Shown here piece after piece: positions 48,452 through 59,098 of a stretch of DNA of 64,000 nucleotides. How positions within the stretch are numbered: position 1 is the first letter of the stretch; the number at the start of each line of letters is the position of its first letter. The notes under the pieces were generated by a model. That model did not search any database. It saw only the letters and a program-made list of their open reading frames with translations, and had not been told where the DNA came from. The translations under genes and the position numbers were made by a program. Source of the DNA: an uncultured bacterium (lineage in GTDB: Bacteria; Chloroflexota; UBA5177; JANWHV01); contig CAVSOU010000008.1 in assembly GCA_963729625.1 (NCBI GenBank), positions 288,001-352,000 of the forward strand, written 5' to 3'.

Positions 48452-48820
48452 GGCCCGCGATCGCCGCGTTTTCCGCACGTTGCACCGCGAAGTGCGACAC
48501 GGACAATCATGGGCTAAAGCACACGGCACAGAGATCCCAGGCATGCCGAGTTGCCTGCGCCTCCTTGTGCTCGAGCATGCTGCAGCGGACTGAGCGTCTG
48601 CTCCGGCGCCATACCCCCGCACTGTAGTGCCGAGATCGGTTCCCCGGCGGGAATTCTGGGGGGGATGGGGCGATAGGTATCCAGCGTGGCGCCTCAAGTC
48701 GATCTTACCATGGAGGCCATAAGGCGGCGCCGGGGCACCGCGATCATCGGGCTAGAATAGGCTGCCGGCCCGGGTTTCCGGGCCGGCAGCCTGGTAGTTG
48801 GGATGGATTGTGCGTGTAGC

Positions 48821-51130
48821 TTACTCAGTTCCGGCCAGAGCGCTGCCGTCACTCGATCCCGCTGCCTGCGAAGATTTGGCAGGCATGCTGGGATCAATCG
48901 CAGCGGCAGCCTGCGGCGATGCCGTGGGTGCGCCGGTGGCCGTTACCGTGATCGCCTCGCCGCCCACAGTGAGCTGAGCGGTTTGGCCTGGGAGCAGGTG
49001 GCCGGCCAGGATAGCATCCGCCAGGGCATCGTCCACGTGACCCTGGACGGCGCGCCGCAGCGGCCGGGCGCCGTATTCCTCGTTGTAGCCCTGGTCAATA
49101 AGGAAGCTGCGCACGTCGTCGCCGAGCTCCAGGCCGATTTGCTGTCCTGCCAGCCGCGTCCGTACCTCGGCCAGCATGAGATCCACGATCACATGCAGAT
49201 TCTCGCGAGTGAGCGAGCGGAACACCACAACCTGGTCGACACGGTTGAGGAACTCAGGACGGAAGGCGTGCTTCAAGCTTTCGAGGGCCTTTGACTCGAT
49301 AGCTTCCTGGCGATTGTCGTCATCGGCAACCTTGCCAGCCATGAATCCCAGCTTGCCCGCTTTGCGCAGTTCGGCCGAGCCGGCGTTGCTGGTCATGATC
49401 ACCACGGTGTTCTTGAAGTCCACGGAGCGTCCTTTGCCGTCGGTAAGACGGCCATCGTCCATGATTTGCAGCAGCGCGTTGAACACCTCCGGATGGGCCT
49501 TCTCAATCTCGTCGAAGAGGACAACACTGTATGGGCGGCGACGCACGCGCTCAGTCAACTGACCGCCCTCGTCGTAGCCGACGTAGCCGGGCGGGCTTCC
49601 GAAGAGGCGGGCGACGGTATGCGACTCCATGTACTCTGACATGTCCATGCGGATAATCGCATCCTCTCCGCCGAACAGCTCGGCGGCCAGCGCACGGGCG
49701 AGCTCGGTCTTGCCGACTCCCGTGGGCCCAAGGAACAGGAAGGAGCCGATCGGTCGGCGCGGATCCTTGAGACCGGCGCGCGAGCGCCGTATGGCGCGAC
49801 TGACCGCCGTGATTGCTTCACTCTGGCCTACCACGCGTCCACTAAGATCGTTCTCCAGGCTGATGAGGTTCGCTCGCTCGTGTTCGAGCATCTGACCTAC
49901 CGGGACGCCCGTCCAGCCTTCAATCACTTTGGCGATGAGCTCAGGCGACACTACCGGCGGCTCGCTCAGGCCCGCTTCGACGCGAGCGTTCTGGAGCCGT
50001 TCGACGGCCACCACCTCGTGCTGGCGAAGGGTTGCGGCTTTCTCATAGTCCTCTGCCAGCGCCGCCGCTTCCTTCTGCGCCTGGATCTCGGAGAGCTCCC
50101 GCTCAAGCTCGCGCACGTGCGCACCCTGGCCGGACTCATCGATTTCCAGCTTGAGGGCAGAAGCCGCCTCGTCTATCAGATCGATAGCCTTATCGGGAAG
50201 GAATCGATCGTTGATGTATCGATCGGCCAGGCTGGCCGCGGCTACGACCGTTTCGTCTGGAATCCGGACGCCGTGATGCGCCTCGTAGTGCGGCTTGACG
50301 GCGTGTAGCATCGGGATAGCCTCTTCAACCGACGGCTCGCCGACAAGCACGGGCTGGAACCGCCGCTCAAGCGCGGCGTCCTTCTCCACGTGCTTACGGT
50401 ATTCGTCGAGGGTGGTGGCGCCGATGACGCGCAGCTCACCACGCGCGAGCGCCGGCTTGAGCATATCGGATGCGCCGACGGCGCCCTCAGCGGCGCCTGC
50501 GCCGACGACCGTGTGCAGCTCGTCGATGAAGAGAATGATGTCGGGATTGGCGGTTGCCTCTTCGATCATCGACTTCACTCGCTCTTCAAACTGGCCGCGG
50601 AACATGGCGCCGGCCACCATGCCGCCGAGATTGAGGGAGATGATGCGCTTCCCGCGCAGGAAGTGCGGGCCAGTGCCGTCGTTGATACGACGCGCCAAAC
50701 TCTCCACTATAGCCGTCTTGCCCACCCCCGGCTCGCCAAGCAAGACGGGGTTATTCTTCTGGCGGCGGCCGAGCACGGTGATGACGCGGCGGGCTTCGCG
50801 CTCGCGCCCAGCCACGGGATCGAGCTTGCCCGTTGCGGCCTCAGCCGTCAGGTCTCGGCCAAAGCGATCGAGGGTAGGTGTCTTGCTCTGCGGCGCCTGG
50901 CGCTCGGCCGTGGTAGTGCCGGTCGTGGCCTGCGATCCACCGCCGGCGCGGCTCGCGAAGATGTTCCCGAGCGCGTTGCCACCCAGGGCGGAGCTGTCGT
51001 CGCTCAGAGCGCCCTGCATGATCTGCTCGGCGCACTGCTTGCAGAAGAAGTGCGACTCGCGCTTGCCATTGATGAAACCTTCCAGCCGTACCTGCGCTTC
51101 GCGGGTTTGGCAGTTTTCGCACTTTTGCAT
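48821..51130 (-). CDS. Clp ATPase, ClpE-like (N-terminal C4 zinc finger, two AAA modules, UVR middle domain)
   Basis: CENC...[49 protein letters not shown]; no Clp-N repeats. Confidence 0.92.
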   Translation of the reverse strand: MQKCENCQTREAQVRLEGFINGKRESHFFCKQCAEQIMQGALSDDSSALGGNALGNIFASRAGGGSQATTGTTTAERQAPQSKTPTLDRFGRDLTAEAATGKLDPVAGREREARRVITVLGRRQKNNPVLLGEPGVGKTAIVESLARRINDGTGPHFLRGKRIISLNLGGMVAGAMFRGQFEERVKSMIEEATANPDIILFIDELHTVVGAGAAEGAVGASDMLKPALARGELRVIGATTLDEYRKHVEKDAALERRFQPVLVGEPSVEEAIPMLHAVKPHYEAHHGVRIPDETVVAAASLADRYINDRFLPDKAIDLIDEAASALKLEIDESGQGAHVRELERELSEIQAQKEAAALAEDYEKAATLRQHEVVAVERLQNARVEAGLSEPPVVSPELIAKVIEGWTGVPVGQMLEHERANLISLENDLSGRVVGQSEAITAVSRAIRRSRAGLKDPRRPIGSFLFLGPTGVGKTELARALAAELFGGEDAIIRMDMSEYMESHTVARLFGSPPGYVGYDEGGQLTERVRRRPYSVVLFDEIEKAHPEVFNALLQIMDDGRLTDGKGRSVDFKNTVVIMTSNAGSAELRKAGKLGFMAGKVADDDNRQEAIESKALESLKHAFRPEFLNRVDQVVVFRSLTRENLHVIVDLMLAEVRTRLAGQQIGLELGDDVRSFLIDQGYNEEYGARPLRRAVQGHVDDALADAILAGHLLPGQTAQLTVGGEAITVTATGAPTASPQAAAAIDPSMPAKSSQAAGSSDGSALAGTE

Positions 51131-51242
51131 GGTGTGTAGATTCCTCTCGGTTGATGCTCTCAGACGCCGTGCCTGGGAGCCGTGAAGCTGTACCGGCTGC
51201 GCGGCCGTAATGCCTCAGGTCGCTGCTTGTATGCCCACAGCT

Positions 51243-51665
51243 TCAGGGGTGGGGGCAGCGAGGACGTCCTGGGGGCCGCCGAGGGCCGACCTGCGCGTGA
51301 AAGGCGCCGAACAGGTCCTCTGCCGAAACCCCTTCACCTGCCGCTACCAGATACTCTCGAGTCCACAGTGTAGGAATGGTGGTAAGCTCCTTGAATTCCC
51401 GCCGCAGCACGCTCGACGAATGCGCCTTCAGTCCGCAGACGATGCTGTGAGGAGAGACGGTAGGCGGCGCTTCTACCATGAGGTAGACGAAAGCAGGCTG
51501 GATCCGCAGGCTGCGCAGTCCCACGTCCAGCGCCTCTGCCTTCTCCATGAGCAGATGCGCCAATCGTTCGGCGATACACCCAACCAGTACCGGCTTCAGT
51601 CGCATCGGCCCCCACGCAAAGTGGTAGACGAGCAGCGTGGGCCGGCAACTAATGTGTATATGCAT
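51243..51665 (-). CDS. IS200/IS605 TnpA (Y1) homolog lacking catalytic residues
   Basis: YHFAW.P...VL.G.IAERL...APPTVSP..IV..LK..SS..LRREF...PTLWTREY. HUH motif DHVH is replaced by AFVY and Y-x3-Q by A-x3-Q. Start 51665 or 51674. Confidence 0.8.
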   Translation of the reverse strand: MHIHISCRPTLLVYHFAWGPMRLKPVLVGCIAERLAHLLMEKAEALDVGLRSLRIQPAFVYLMVEAPPTVSPHSIVCGLKAHSSSVLRREFKELTTIPTLWTREYLVAAGEGVSAEDLFGAFHAQVGPRRPPGRPRCPHP

Positions 51666-51739
51666 CACTTCCATATACGCAATATACGCCTGTTTTGGAT
51701 TCACGCAAAGAGGTCGCGTCCGGGGCGGAGCCGCACCGG

Positions 51740-52218
51740 TCAAGACTGCTCACTGGCCAGCTGCACGTCCGCCGCTTCCTGTTGCAGCTTCTTGCCCAGT
51801 TCGTTGATCGTGACCTCCTCGTCCGTTTCGAGTGGCTCCTCCGGGACGGCGCTGTGGCGTAGCAAGCGGAGGATTTCCAGTTGCTGCTGGTTGATCTTGA
51901 AAAGGAAGTCCACTTCGCGCGCCTCGAGATCGTCGCGCAAATGGTCCTTCTGGGCCTGCCTGTTTTGGCTCATCATGATAATCGGCGCTGCGTACGCGGC
52001 TTGCGTGGAGAAGAGCAGGTTCAGCAAGATGAAGGGATACGCGTCCCAATGTTTATAAAGCCGATCAGGTTCAGCACGATCCAGAACGCGACGAACACGC
52101 TCTGCACGATAATGAAAGTCCAGGATCCCATGCCGTTGGCGATGTGGTCCGCCGCATGCTGGCCAAACGTGCTGGGTTCGTGAATATGGTCGCGCGAGTG
52201 AGCATGGCGTGCCGCCAT
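51740..52218 (-). pseudogene. DUF1003 membrane protein with one frameshift
   Basis: ADHIANGMGSWTFII in one frame and WDAYPFILLNLLFSTQAAYAAPIIMMSQNRQ in the next; one base missing near 52056. Confidence 0.88.
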
Positions 52219-52611
52219 TGGTGGCTCCTTCTTCTTATTCAACCGCCTGAGCGCTGCGACGCATTCTGCTATGGTGCTGCCTCCCGCAGCGTAGCATACG
52301 TGCTGAGCTTCCGCTGTGCTCCATGGAGAAGTTGGTGCTTGGTGGGGACGCGGCGACATTCTTCTGCACAGCGCGGGCCGGCCCGAGGGGCACGTTCGTT
52401 CAGCGCCTGCCGCATCTGGCACCTCTGCGTACCCGGCGCACGCCGTCGCGGTTGACCGCGTCCCTGCGCGGCATCGGCTGCGTGTACGGAGGCAGCCTCC
52501 AGGCCCACACGGACATGGACGCGCCCAAGGCGCTGCCCGACGCGCTTGTCGCTCTGGAGTCCTTGAACGGTGATTGCAACGGATGCGCGGATCCGGCCCG
52601 ATGTACTGCGG

Positions 52612-52785
52612 TTACTCTTCCGACCGCAACGGATCTCTGAAGAGTTCCGCCACGGGGTAGGAAAAGCCGGGAATTACATCCTCACCACTCCACTACTTCG
52701 TAGATGTATCCATCGTCGGGAAGTTCAAGCAGGGTATCGACCGTCACAGGCCCATAGCCGGGGACGACCTCCGCCCAAGGGGCAG
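52612..52785 (-). pseudogene. Uma2-family endonuclease with internal deletion
   Basis: Hand translation: PWAEVVPGYGPVTVDTLLELPDDGYIYEVVE joined out of frame to GEDVIPGFSYPVAELFRDPLRSEE*, the typical two ends of Uma2. Confidence 0.8.
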
Positions 52786-52906
52786 GACAGTGGGGTGGAT
52801 GCGCATGTGCGGCAGTGGTCATCGCCAGCGCCCATCAAGATGAGCATATCACGCCGGTTCAGCAAGCACGGTGGGGGTAAAGGGCGGCACGTCGATCCAT
52901 CGAGTA

Positions 52907-53650
52907 TCACGTGCGTTGGCTGCGCTTGTATCCGCCAAAGACCGCGTGCCCGGCGCGCAACCAAAAGATGCTGGTGCCGGTGAAGCCGGACTCGGCAAGC
53001 CACGCTAAGTGGTCCGCGACAGAGGAGGGCATGTCCAGCGGATCGGGATGCTCGTAGAGATTCCAATCGCTCTCGACGAATTGAAGATACGCGTCGAGCG
53101 TGCCCGTGAACACTTCCGACTGCCTTCTGACCTCGACGTCCCAGGCGCGCGCCATATAGCGCCGTTCCCACTCACTGCGCGGCTCGACAACATCAGCGAT
53201 GAGCAAGGCGCCGCCGTCTGCCAGCCGGCTGTAGAGGTCGTGGTACAGCTCTCGCTTCTGTTCCATGTCGAGATGATGGAGCACCAGGGAGCTGACGAAA
53301 CAACAGACGTCGTCGCCACATTGATCGCGCCAGTCGCGATCCTCGAGACGGAAAGACCGAAGCTCGTAGCGGCCGGCGTGGGGGCGGAGACGCGCGCCGG
53401 TGGCACGCAACATGGAATCCGAGCCGTCGAGCCCAAGCACGTGGGCCGCTGGGAAGCGGCGTAGAATCGCTTCGCTGAGCCAACCCTCTCCGACTCCCAG
53501 TTCGACTGCCAGGAATGGCTCGTTTTCGATAGCGGGGATAAGGCTGACGATCGTATCGCGGATCTCGTCACGCGACGGAGTGAAAACACGTCCGAGCTCG
53601 ATGAACTGCCGCGAGCTCTCTTCGGTCCACGCTGGCTCCGGGGTTTCCAT
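52907..53650 (-). CDS. Class I SAM-dependent methyltransferase
   Basis: VELGVGEG, LDGSDSML, SSLVLHHL, GGALLIAD. Confidence 0.9.
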   Translation of the reverse strand: METPEPAWTEESSRQFIELGRVFTPSRDEIRDTIVSLIPAIENEPFLAVELGVGEGWLSEAILRRFPAAHVLGLDGSDSMLRATGARLRPHAGRYELRSFRLEDRDWRDQCGDDVCCFVSSLVLHHLDMEQKRELYHDLYSRLADGGALLIADVVEPRSEWERRYMARAWDVEVRRQSEVFTGTLDAYLQFVESDWNLYEHPDPLDMPSSVADHLAWLAESGFTGTSIFWLRAGHAVFGGYKRSQRT

Positions 53651-53877
53651 GCAGGTTGCTCCTTCTCTCACTCGTCACGGTATCACGCGCGTGCCGGCAC
53701 CGAGCGTGCGCAGTGCACGGCAGCACGGTTTCCTCGGCGATGGGCCGGGCTTGGATATTTCGGCGCGCGTGAGAAAACAGTGACAACACGGCCATCGTGG
53801 TCAGCAGAGACCGACCAAAGTAGCGAGCCAGTCCTGGCAGGAGAGGAGCTGCCTCGTAGCATCCATGGTTGCCGGCT

Positions 53878-54957
53878 CTACTCCACATCCAGAATGGGCA
53901 GGTCGCCGATGCCGAAGCGATGACCGAGATTGACCAGCGGCTCGTACACCGTACGATGCAGGCGGACGCCGTTCAACCAGGCGTCGCGTTCGGCGAGACG
54001 CTCCTTGTCACCGGCAATCAGAATCTCGACGGCGCCCTCCACGCGCGCGCCTTCTTCGAGAAGACGGCGGAGATCGCGGGCGCGAGCCTGGAACGCCTCG
54101 AGCGGGCCGAATGCCGCGGGATTGAGCGCCATGAAATAGTGCCCAAGGTTGCTCTCGGACGCCGTATCCCACAGGCCGCCGATCAGGGGGCCGTAGAGCG
54201 CGCCAGACAACACGCCGGTAAGCATGTCTACGAGCACGCCAAGACCATAGCCTTTGTAGCCGCCGGTCTCTTCGACACCGCCAAGCGGCAGCAGCGCGCG
54301 AGCCTGCGTGGCGTCGAGTGTCTGGCTGCCGCTGTCATCGATGGCCCAGCCCGGCTGCAGAGTCTTGCCAATCCGCTTATAGACCTCGATGCGGCCGACA
54401 GGAACAGTGCTGGTGGCCATATCCAGCACGAAGGGTCGATCGTCGCCGGTGGGCACGGCCAGCGCAATGGGATTCGTCCCGACCATCGCCTGTCGACCGC
54501 GCGTCGGCGCAACCAATGGAGACGAGTTGGTCAGCGAGATGCCGATGAGCCCGTGATCGAGCGCAAGCATGGCATAGTAGCCGGCGATGCCGTAGTGGTT
54601 GGAATAGTGAACCGCGACCGCGCCGATATCCGCCATGCGAGCTTTCACGATGGCCAGGCGCATCGCATAGTCTCCTGCTACCTGTCCCATCCCGTTTTGC
54701 GCGTTCACCAGCGCCGTCGTCGCACTCTCGCGTTCAACCACCGGTGCAGCCGACGGTACGACGACGCCGCTGTCGATCAGCTTCACGTATTGTGGCAGGC
54801 GCGCGACACCGTGGCTTTCGATACCCCGGGTATCGCTCATGATAAGCACCGTGGCGGTTACCTCCGCGCCATCGGCCGTCATGCCGGCGCTGTGGAGGAT
54901 ACCTGCCGTGTACTTGTGAAGCGCGGACATTGCGATTCGTCTGTGAAGATCGTCCAT
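53878..54957 (-). CDS. Ldh_2 family (malate/L-lactate/sulfolactate) dehydrogenase
   Basis: SDTRGIESHG, SNHYGIAGYY, GTNPIA, LDMATS, GGYKGYGL. Confidence 0.95.
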   Translation of the reverse strand: MDDLHRRIAMSALHKYTAGILHSAGMTADGAEVTATVLIMSDTRGIESHGVARLPQYVKLIDSGVVVPSAAPVVERESATTALVNAQNGMGQVAGDYAMRLAIVKARMADIGAVAVHYSNHYGIAGYYAMLALDHGLIGISLTNSSPLVAPTRGRQAMVGTNPIALAVPTGDDRPFVLDMATSTVPVGRIEVYKRIGKTLQPGWAIDDSGSQTLDATQARALLPLGGVEETGGYKGYGLGVLVDMLTGVLSGALYGPLIGGLWDTASESNLGHYFMALNPAAFGPLEAFQARARDLRRLLEEGARVEGAVEILIAGDKERLAERDAWLNGVRLHRTVYEPLVNLGHRFGIGDLPILDVE

Positions 54958-54971
54958 GCGCGTCTCCGTAG

Positions 54972-57458
54972 TTATGGGATAGAGTGCGGCACGCTGATGA
55001 CCACCATGTTGGACTGATCCAGCAGCAGACGCCGGAGATGGTTGGCTGTGTGGTTGTGCAAGAATCGGCCAAGACGGCCGCGGGCGCATACGAGGGGCAG
55101 CGCCATCGTGATTAATTCGCCGCCTTCGCGCTCTGCCAGCGCCTCGACATAGGCGCGCAGCGGCGCCACGATTGCCCGGTAGGGCGAGTCAATAGTGACC
55201 AGAGGGACGTGGTTGCCCCAGGCGTCCCACTCGCGGCGCGCTCTCTCCGGGTCGTCTTCGGCCACGACATGGACTGCCAGCAGGCGCCCGGTCAGCAGCG
55301 AGTGGCAGTAAGCCAGGGCGTCAAGCGATGCCTGGCTGAGCGATGAGACTGATACGAGATTCGTGTGATGCCCATGGATGAGGTTCTCGTCAATCTGAGC
55401 CGACATTTGGACAATCGCCACCGAATGGCGGCGCAAGAGCCTTCGCCGCACAAACCACTGCACGAGCCCTTGAATGGGACCGCGTGGCAGAGAAGGTAGC
55501 ACTACGGTGATCTTCATCTCCAAGTCCGGGACCTGCTCGCGTATCTGCGCGATCGCGTCCGCAAGCGCGGCATACCCTTGCCGGCCGGCAATGGCCTTGT
55601 ATTCGACACCGCGCTCGAGATCTTCGTGCTGGAATGACGGTGGCCCGACGACAATCACGCGTGGATGATTGAGGATGCGCGCGTAAGCCAGCGCGTGGAA
55701 CAGGTCACGCTTGCGCGTATGAAACGCCGAGATCAGCACCGTGTGCTGCAAATGCGTGGGCGCCGTCGTCGGGCGCGGCCGTGTCGCCTCCTTGGCCTCT
55801 CTATAGTGGCCCCGGATGCTCAGAAAGCCGGTGACCATTATTGGGACCAGCACCACGACCAGCCATGCGCCCGACAGGAACTTCGTGTACGCAGTGATGC
55901 CCAGCACCACGAGAGTGGCCGTGGCTCCGGCGCCATTGATAATAATTCCCTTGGACCACCCCTCCTCACGTCGCGTCCACCAGCGGAGTACCATGCCCGA
56001 CTGCGATAGGGTGAACGATGCAAACACGCCGATGATATACAAATTGAACAACTGGCTTGCGTCTGCCCAGTAGCGAAGGATGAGCAGAGTTGCCAGAGTG
56101 GTGAGGATAATAATGCCGTTGGAATAGGACAGTCTATCGCCGCGATGCGTGAACTGATGCGGTAGAAAATTGTCGCGCGCCATGAAGAAGGCCAGGCGCG
56201 GGAAGTCGGAGTACGCGGTGTTGGCGGCCAGCAACAAGATGAGCGCGGTGGTTATCTGGCCAAAATAAAACAGAGCACTGCCGTTCCCGAGGGTCGCGGC
56301 GTTCAGCTGCGAGATCAGGTTCGGCGGATTGTCGCCGGCATTCGGCACCAGGCCATAGGCATGCGATAGCAGCGTGATGCCGCTGAACATGGTGATGGCG
56401 ATGCAGCCTAATGCGGTCAGTGTCGTGCGCGCATTGCGCCACTCAGGCGGCTTGAATGCTGGAACGCCGTCTGAAATCGCCTCCACCCCGGTGAGAGCGG
56501 TACAACCGCCGGCAAAGGCACGCAGGATCAGGAACAGCCCCAGCGTCTCGGTGGCCTTGACTGGCGTCACGCCGAACTGCGGGTGCGCCGGCACGACATG
56601 CATGCCCGTTGTGAAGAAATGTATCGTACCGACGGTCAGCATCAGGTAGACAAACCCCATGAAACAATACGACGGCAGCATGAAGATCGTGCCGGACTCG
56701 CGTATGCCGCGAAGGTTGCCAAGCAAGAGGATGAGAATGGCCACGATATCGAAGAGCAACTGGTACGACGTCAGACTCGGATCGATGGATACGAGGTTGG
56801 CGACACCCTGCGTGATGCTTACTGCCACCGTCAACACGTAGTCGATCATCAACGAGGAGCCGGCGATCAGGCCGAACACCGCTCCCAGGTTGTCGCTGGC
56901 TACAATATAGGATCCGCCGCCACGGGGATAGGCCTTCACCGTTTGCCGGTACGAAAGGACTACGATGGCGAAAAGCGTGGAGATGGCAGCGGCGATGCCA
57001 AGCGACACGCCGAAGCTGCCGGTCCCCGCGACCAGCAGCACGGAGAGCATGGCGCCGGTGGCGTAAGCCACCGAGCTGATCGCATCCGACGAGAGGACGG
57101 CCAGCGCCTTGACCTTGGTCAGCCGCTCGTGCCTGGACTGCTCATTGGCCAGCGGATCGCCGACCACCCTCTCTTTGAGCGCGAAAAGCCACCGGCCGAT
57201 AGGCCCTTGCCCGCGCGGCAGCGCGGCCGTGGCGCGCACACTTGTGGGGCCACTATGCCGGAAAGCGCCGCGGCCAGTGCGAACGACGCGCACGTACTTG
57301 TCGCCCGGATGGCTGCCATGGACCTCTTTGGTCATCAAGAGGTCGGCACTGACGGCCGGGTGCTCCTCTTGCGCGCGCGCTTCCTCATCGTCCCAGCCCT
57401 GGCCGGCGGCGCGCAGCTCGGCCAGGCGCGCCGCGTCGGCAGATACCTCTTGAATCAT
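54972..57458 (-). CDS. APC-family permease, KimA/YdaO-like K+ transporter
   Basis: LSSDAISSVAYA, SYRQTVKAYPRGGGSY, DYVLTVAVS, GCTALTGVEAISDGVPAF, AANTAYSDFPRL, SPYR. Confidence 0.92.
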   Translation of the reverse strand: MIQEVSADAARLAELRAAGQGWDDEEARAQEEHPAVSADLLMTKEVHGSHPGDKYVRVVRTGRGAFRHSGPTSVRATAALPRGQGPIGRWLFALKERVVGDPLANEQSRHERLTKVKALAVLSSDAISSVAYATGAMLSVLLVAGTGSFGVSLGIAAAISTLFAIVVLSYRQTVKAYPRGGGSYIVASDNLGAVFGLIAGSSLMIDYVLTVAVSITQGVANLVSIDPSLTSYQLLFDIVAILILLLGNLRGIRESGTIFMLPSYCFMGFVYLMLTVGTIHFFTTGMHVVPAHPQFGVTPVKATETLGLFLILRAFAGGCTALTGVEAISDGVPAFKPPEWRNARTTLTALGCIAITMFSGITLLSHAYGLVPNAGDNPPNLISQLNAATLGNGSALFYFGQITTALILLLAANTAYSDFPRLAFFMARDNFLPHQFTHRGDRLSYSNGIIILTTLATLLILRYWADASQLFNLYIIGVFASFTLSQSGMVLRWWTRREEGWSKGIIINGAGATATLVVLGITAYTKFLSGAWLVVVLVPIMVTGFLSIRGHYREAKEATRPRPTTAPTHLQHTVLISAFHTRKRDLFHALAYARILNHPRVIVVGPPSFQHEDLERGVEYKAIAGRQGYAALADAIAQIREQVPDLEMKITVVLPSLPRGPIQGLVQWFVRRRLLRRHSVAIVQMSAQIDENLIHGHHTNLVSVSSLSQASLDALAYCHSLLTGRLLAVHVVAEDDPERARREWDAWGNHVPLVTIDSPYRAIVAPLRAYVEALAEREGGELITMALPLVCARGRLGRFLHNHTANHLRRLLLDQSNMVVISVPHSIP

Positions 57459-57869
57459 CCAGGACTCCGCACCGTGTCAGGAACCGGAAACAGACTTCGA
57501 GCCGGACATCACACTTCGGGTGAAGGGTACCAGAGAATCTTCGCCGCTGCAGGGCATGGGGACATCGAAACATCGGGGTCTTGTTCTTGAAGTGGGGGGA
57601 AGCGCTTGGTGCGGCTGGATCACTCCGCGCAGCATCTCACGTTCACATGGTATAGCGGTCAGCATCGAGCGAGCCGCGAAGTCGTGCGCGCCTCGCCGTC
57701 TCGCGCGGTGAAAGCAGGCGGCATACCCCCCAATTGGCTAGTGCTTTCAGGAAAGGTGGGTGATGGTATGCCATACCAGTGCGAGCTACAATGGAGTAGT
57801 GAGCTGGGTGCAGCCGAGCGATTGCGCGGTGGGCTCGACCCCGATGCGCACGGGTGTACGCCCGAAGGA

Positions 57870-58490
57870 ATGACCGTGGCCAGTGTACCGCTCATCGTAG
57901 CTCTCGCTTCTCCGTTGCTTCATGCTCGCTTGCGGGCCGAGCTTGCCCGAGATACCGATGTTGTCATTCTCTGCGACACGGACAATCCCGCCAAAGCCGC
58001 GCAGGAGATCGCTGCCTTGCGCCCACCGGTCGTGCTGGTTGATCGGGATATGGTGCTCAATCCCGCTCTAGGGCAGCTCGCGCAGCAACTCAACCCGCTG
58101 CCGGCAATGGTGCTTGTGACCGTGCACCGGGAAGGCGCACCGGTAGGGCACGTGTTGCCCATTGCCGGCACGCTCGCGTTTGACGCGCGGCCGGGCGAGA
58201 TCTCGCAGCATCTTCACGATGTGCTCGACGCCACGCATGTGAAGGCAGCGCTGGCCCCGGCCTCCCCTCTGCCGAACGTCCCGAATCTTAAGTCGCGGTT
58301 TACGATTGCCGAGCATGATGAGCCGGCGATACCGGCGAAAAGCGCCGTACGCGGCGCGAGCCGCGAGCCGGGGTTTTCTGAGAAGGCCCCTGTACCGAGC
58401 AAGACGTCGCAACTGACAAAGACCGGGTTTTTGCGCTCTGTGTTCGACGTCGTGCACGTGAACGATCGCGACGCGTCGTCCGTCCGCTAG
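57870..58490 (+). CDS. Degenerate receiver-domain protein
   Basis: LRPPVVLVD and MVLVT REC-like strands; acidic pocket and Lys not conserved; GAAGGA upstream. Confidence 0.55.
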   Translation: MTVASVPLIVALASPLLHARLRAELARDTDVVILCDTDNPAKAAQEIAALRPPVVLVDRDMVLNPALGQLAQQLNPLPAMVLVTVHREGAPVGHVLPIAGTLAFDARPGEISQHLHDVLDATHVKAALAPASPLPNVPNLKSRFTIAEHDEPAIPAKSAVRGASREPGFSEKAPVPSKTSQLTKTGFLRSVFDVVHVNDRDASSVR

Positions 58491-58580
58491 CGTAGCTGCT
58501 GCACCCGGCGCGCCTTTCGCTGCCTCGTCTCAGGTTGAGCGAAAGGGCAGGTGCCGGCTCCGCACAGGCAGGATCGAGAA

Positions 58581-58602
58581 AGGGCGCCCGCTTGGGCGCC
58601 CT
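58581..58602. terminator. Hairpin between convergent genes
   Basis: AGGGCGCCC-GCTT-GGGCGCCCT. Confidence 0.6.
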
Positions 58603-58681
58603 ATCGCACTCGTATCGTCACGGCGAGTCCTCTGCGGTCCAGGCGCATGCGCTCCCAACTCAACTCCAACAGGGGGACCGT

Positions 58682-59098
58682 CTAGATCTTCGACGGCTCC
58701 TCGTGAGCACGCAAGTACTCGACGACCTCGATCACTGCACGAAGCTTGTCGTCAGGAAGCTTGCTTGCGCCTTCCTTGACCATCTGCAGTGCGTCTTCGC
58801 GCGCGACTTTGTCTTCCAGCGGTAACTTCACGACGCTGAGGCTCGGCTCGAGATACTCTCCTCCGTCGGCGAAGTAGTCCAGTGGCACCTCGAAGAACGA
58901 GGCGAGCGCCTCAAGAGCGCTGAGACCAGGGTTGCTCATTGCTCCTGTCCGCAGTTTCCAGACGTAGCTTGCGGTAATACGGTTCCCCGTGGCGCGCTGA
59001 ACCTGGCCGTAGGTGAACTGCCGGCCTTGCGCGTTTCGGCGCGTGTTGAAGAGCCAATCAACCTTCTGCGCAAGTGTCTTATTCATATATTCACCCAC
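58682..59098 (-). CDS. EspR-like XRE-family DNA-binding protein
   Basis: LAQKVDWLF...ITASYVWKLRTG..SNP....LEALASFFEVPLDYF parallels mycobacterial EspR (YLSQLRSG..TNP...LANFF). Confidence 0.8.
   Translation of the reverse strand: MGEYMNKTLAQKVDWLFNTRRNAQGRQFTYGQVQRATGNRITASYVWKLRTGAMSNPGLSALEALASFFEVPLDYFADGGEYLEPSLSVVKLPLEDKVAREDALQMVKEGASKLPDDKLRAVIEVVEYLRAHEEPSKI

Noticed and set aside
48505-48545. IS605-like end (GCTAAAGCACACGGC) forming a composite element around the clp gene
   Set aside because: The match to 51168-51250 is only about 9 nt, too weak to support.
52245-52262. SAH riboswitch motif GAGCGCTGCGAC
   Set aside because: The downstream pairing partner is missing and the orientation is wrong for the adjacent gene.
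52608-52675. Pseudoknot or guanidine-I-like riboswitch
   Set aside because: Better explained as the antisense of the Uma2 remnant coding sequence.
57459-57660. c-di-AMP (ydaO) riboswitch upstream of the KimA-like gene
   Set aside because: The characteristic GCTGAATCC and GGGGGA motifs were not found on the coding strand.
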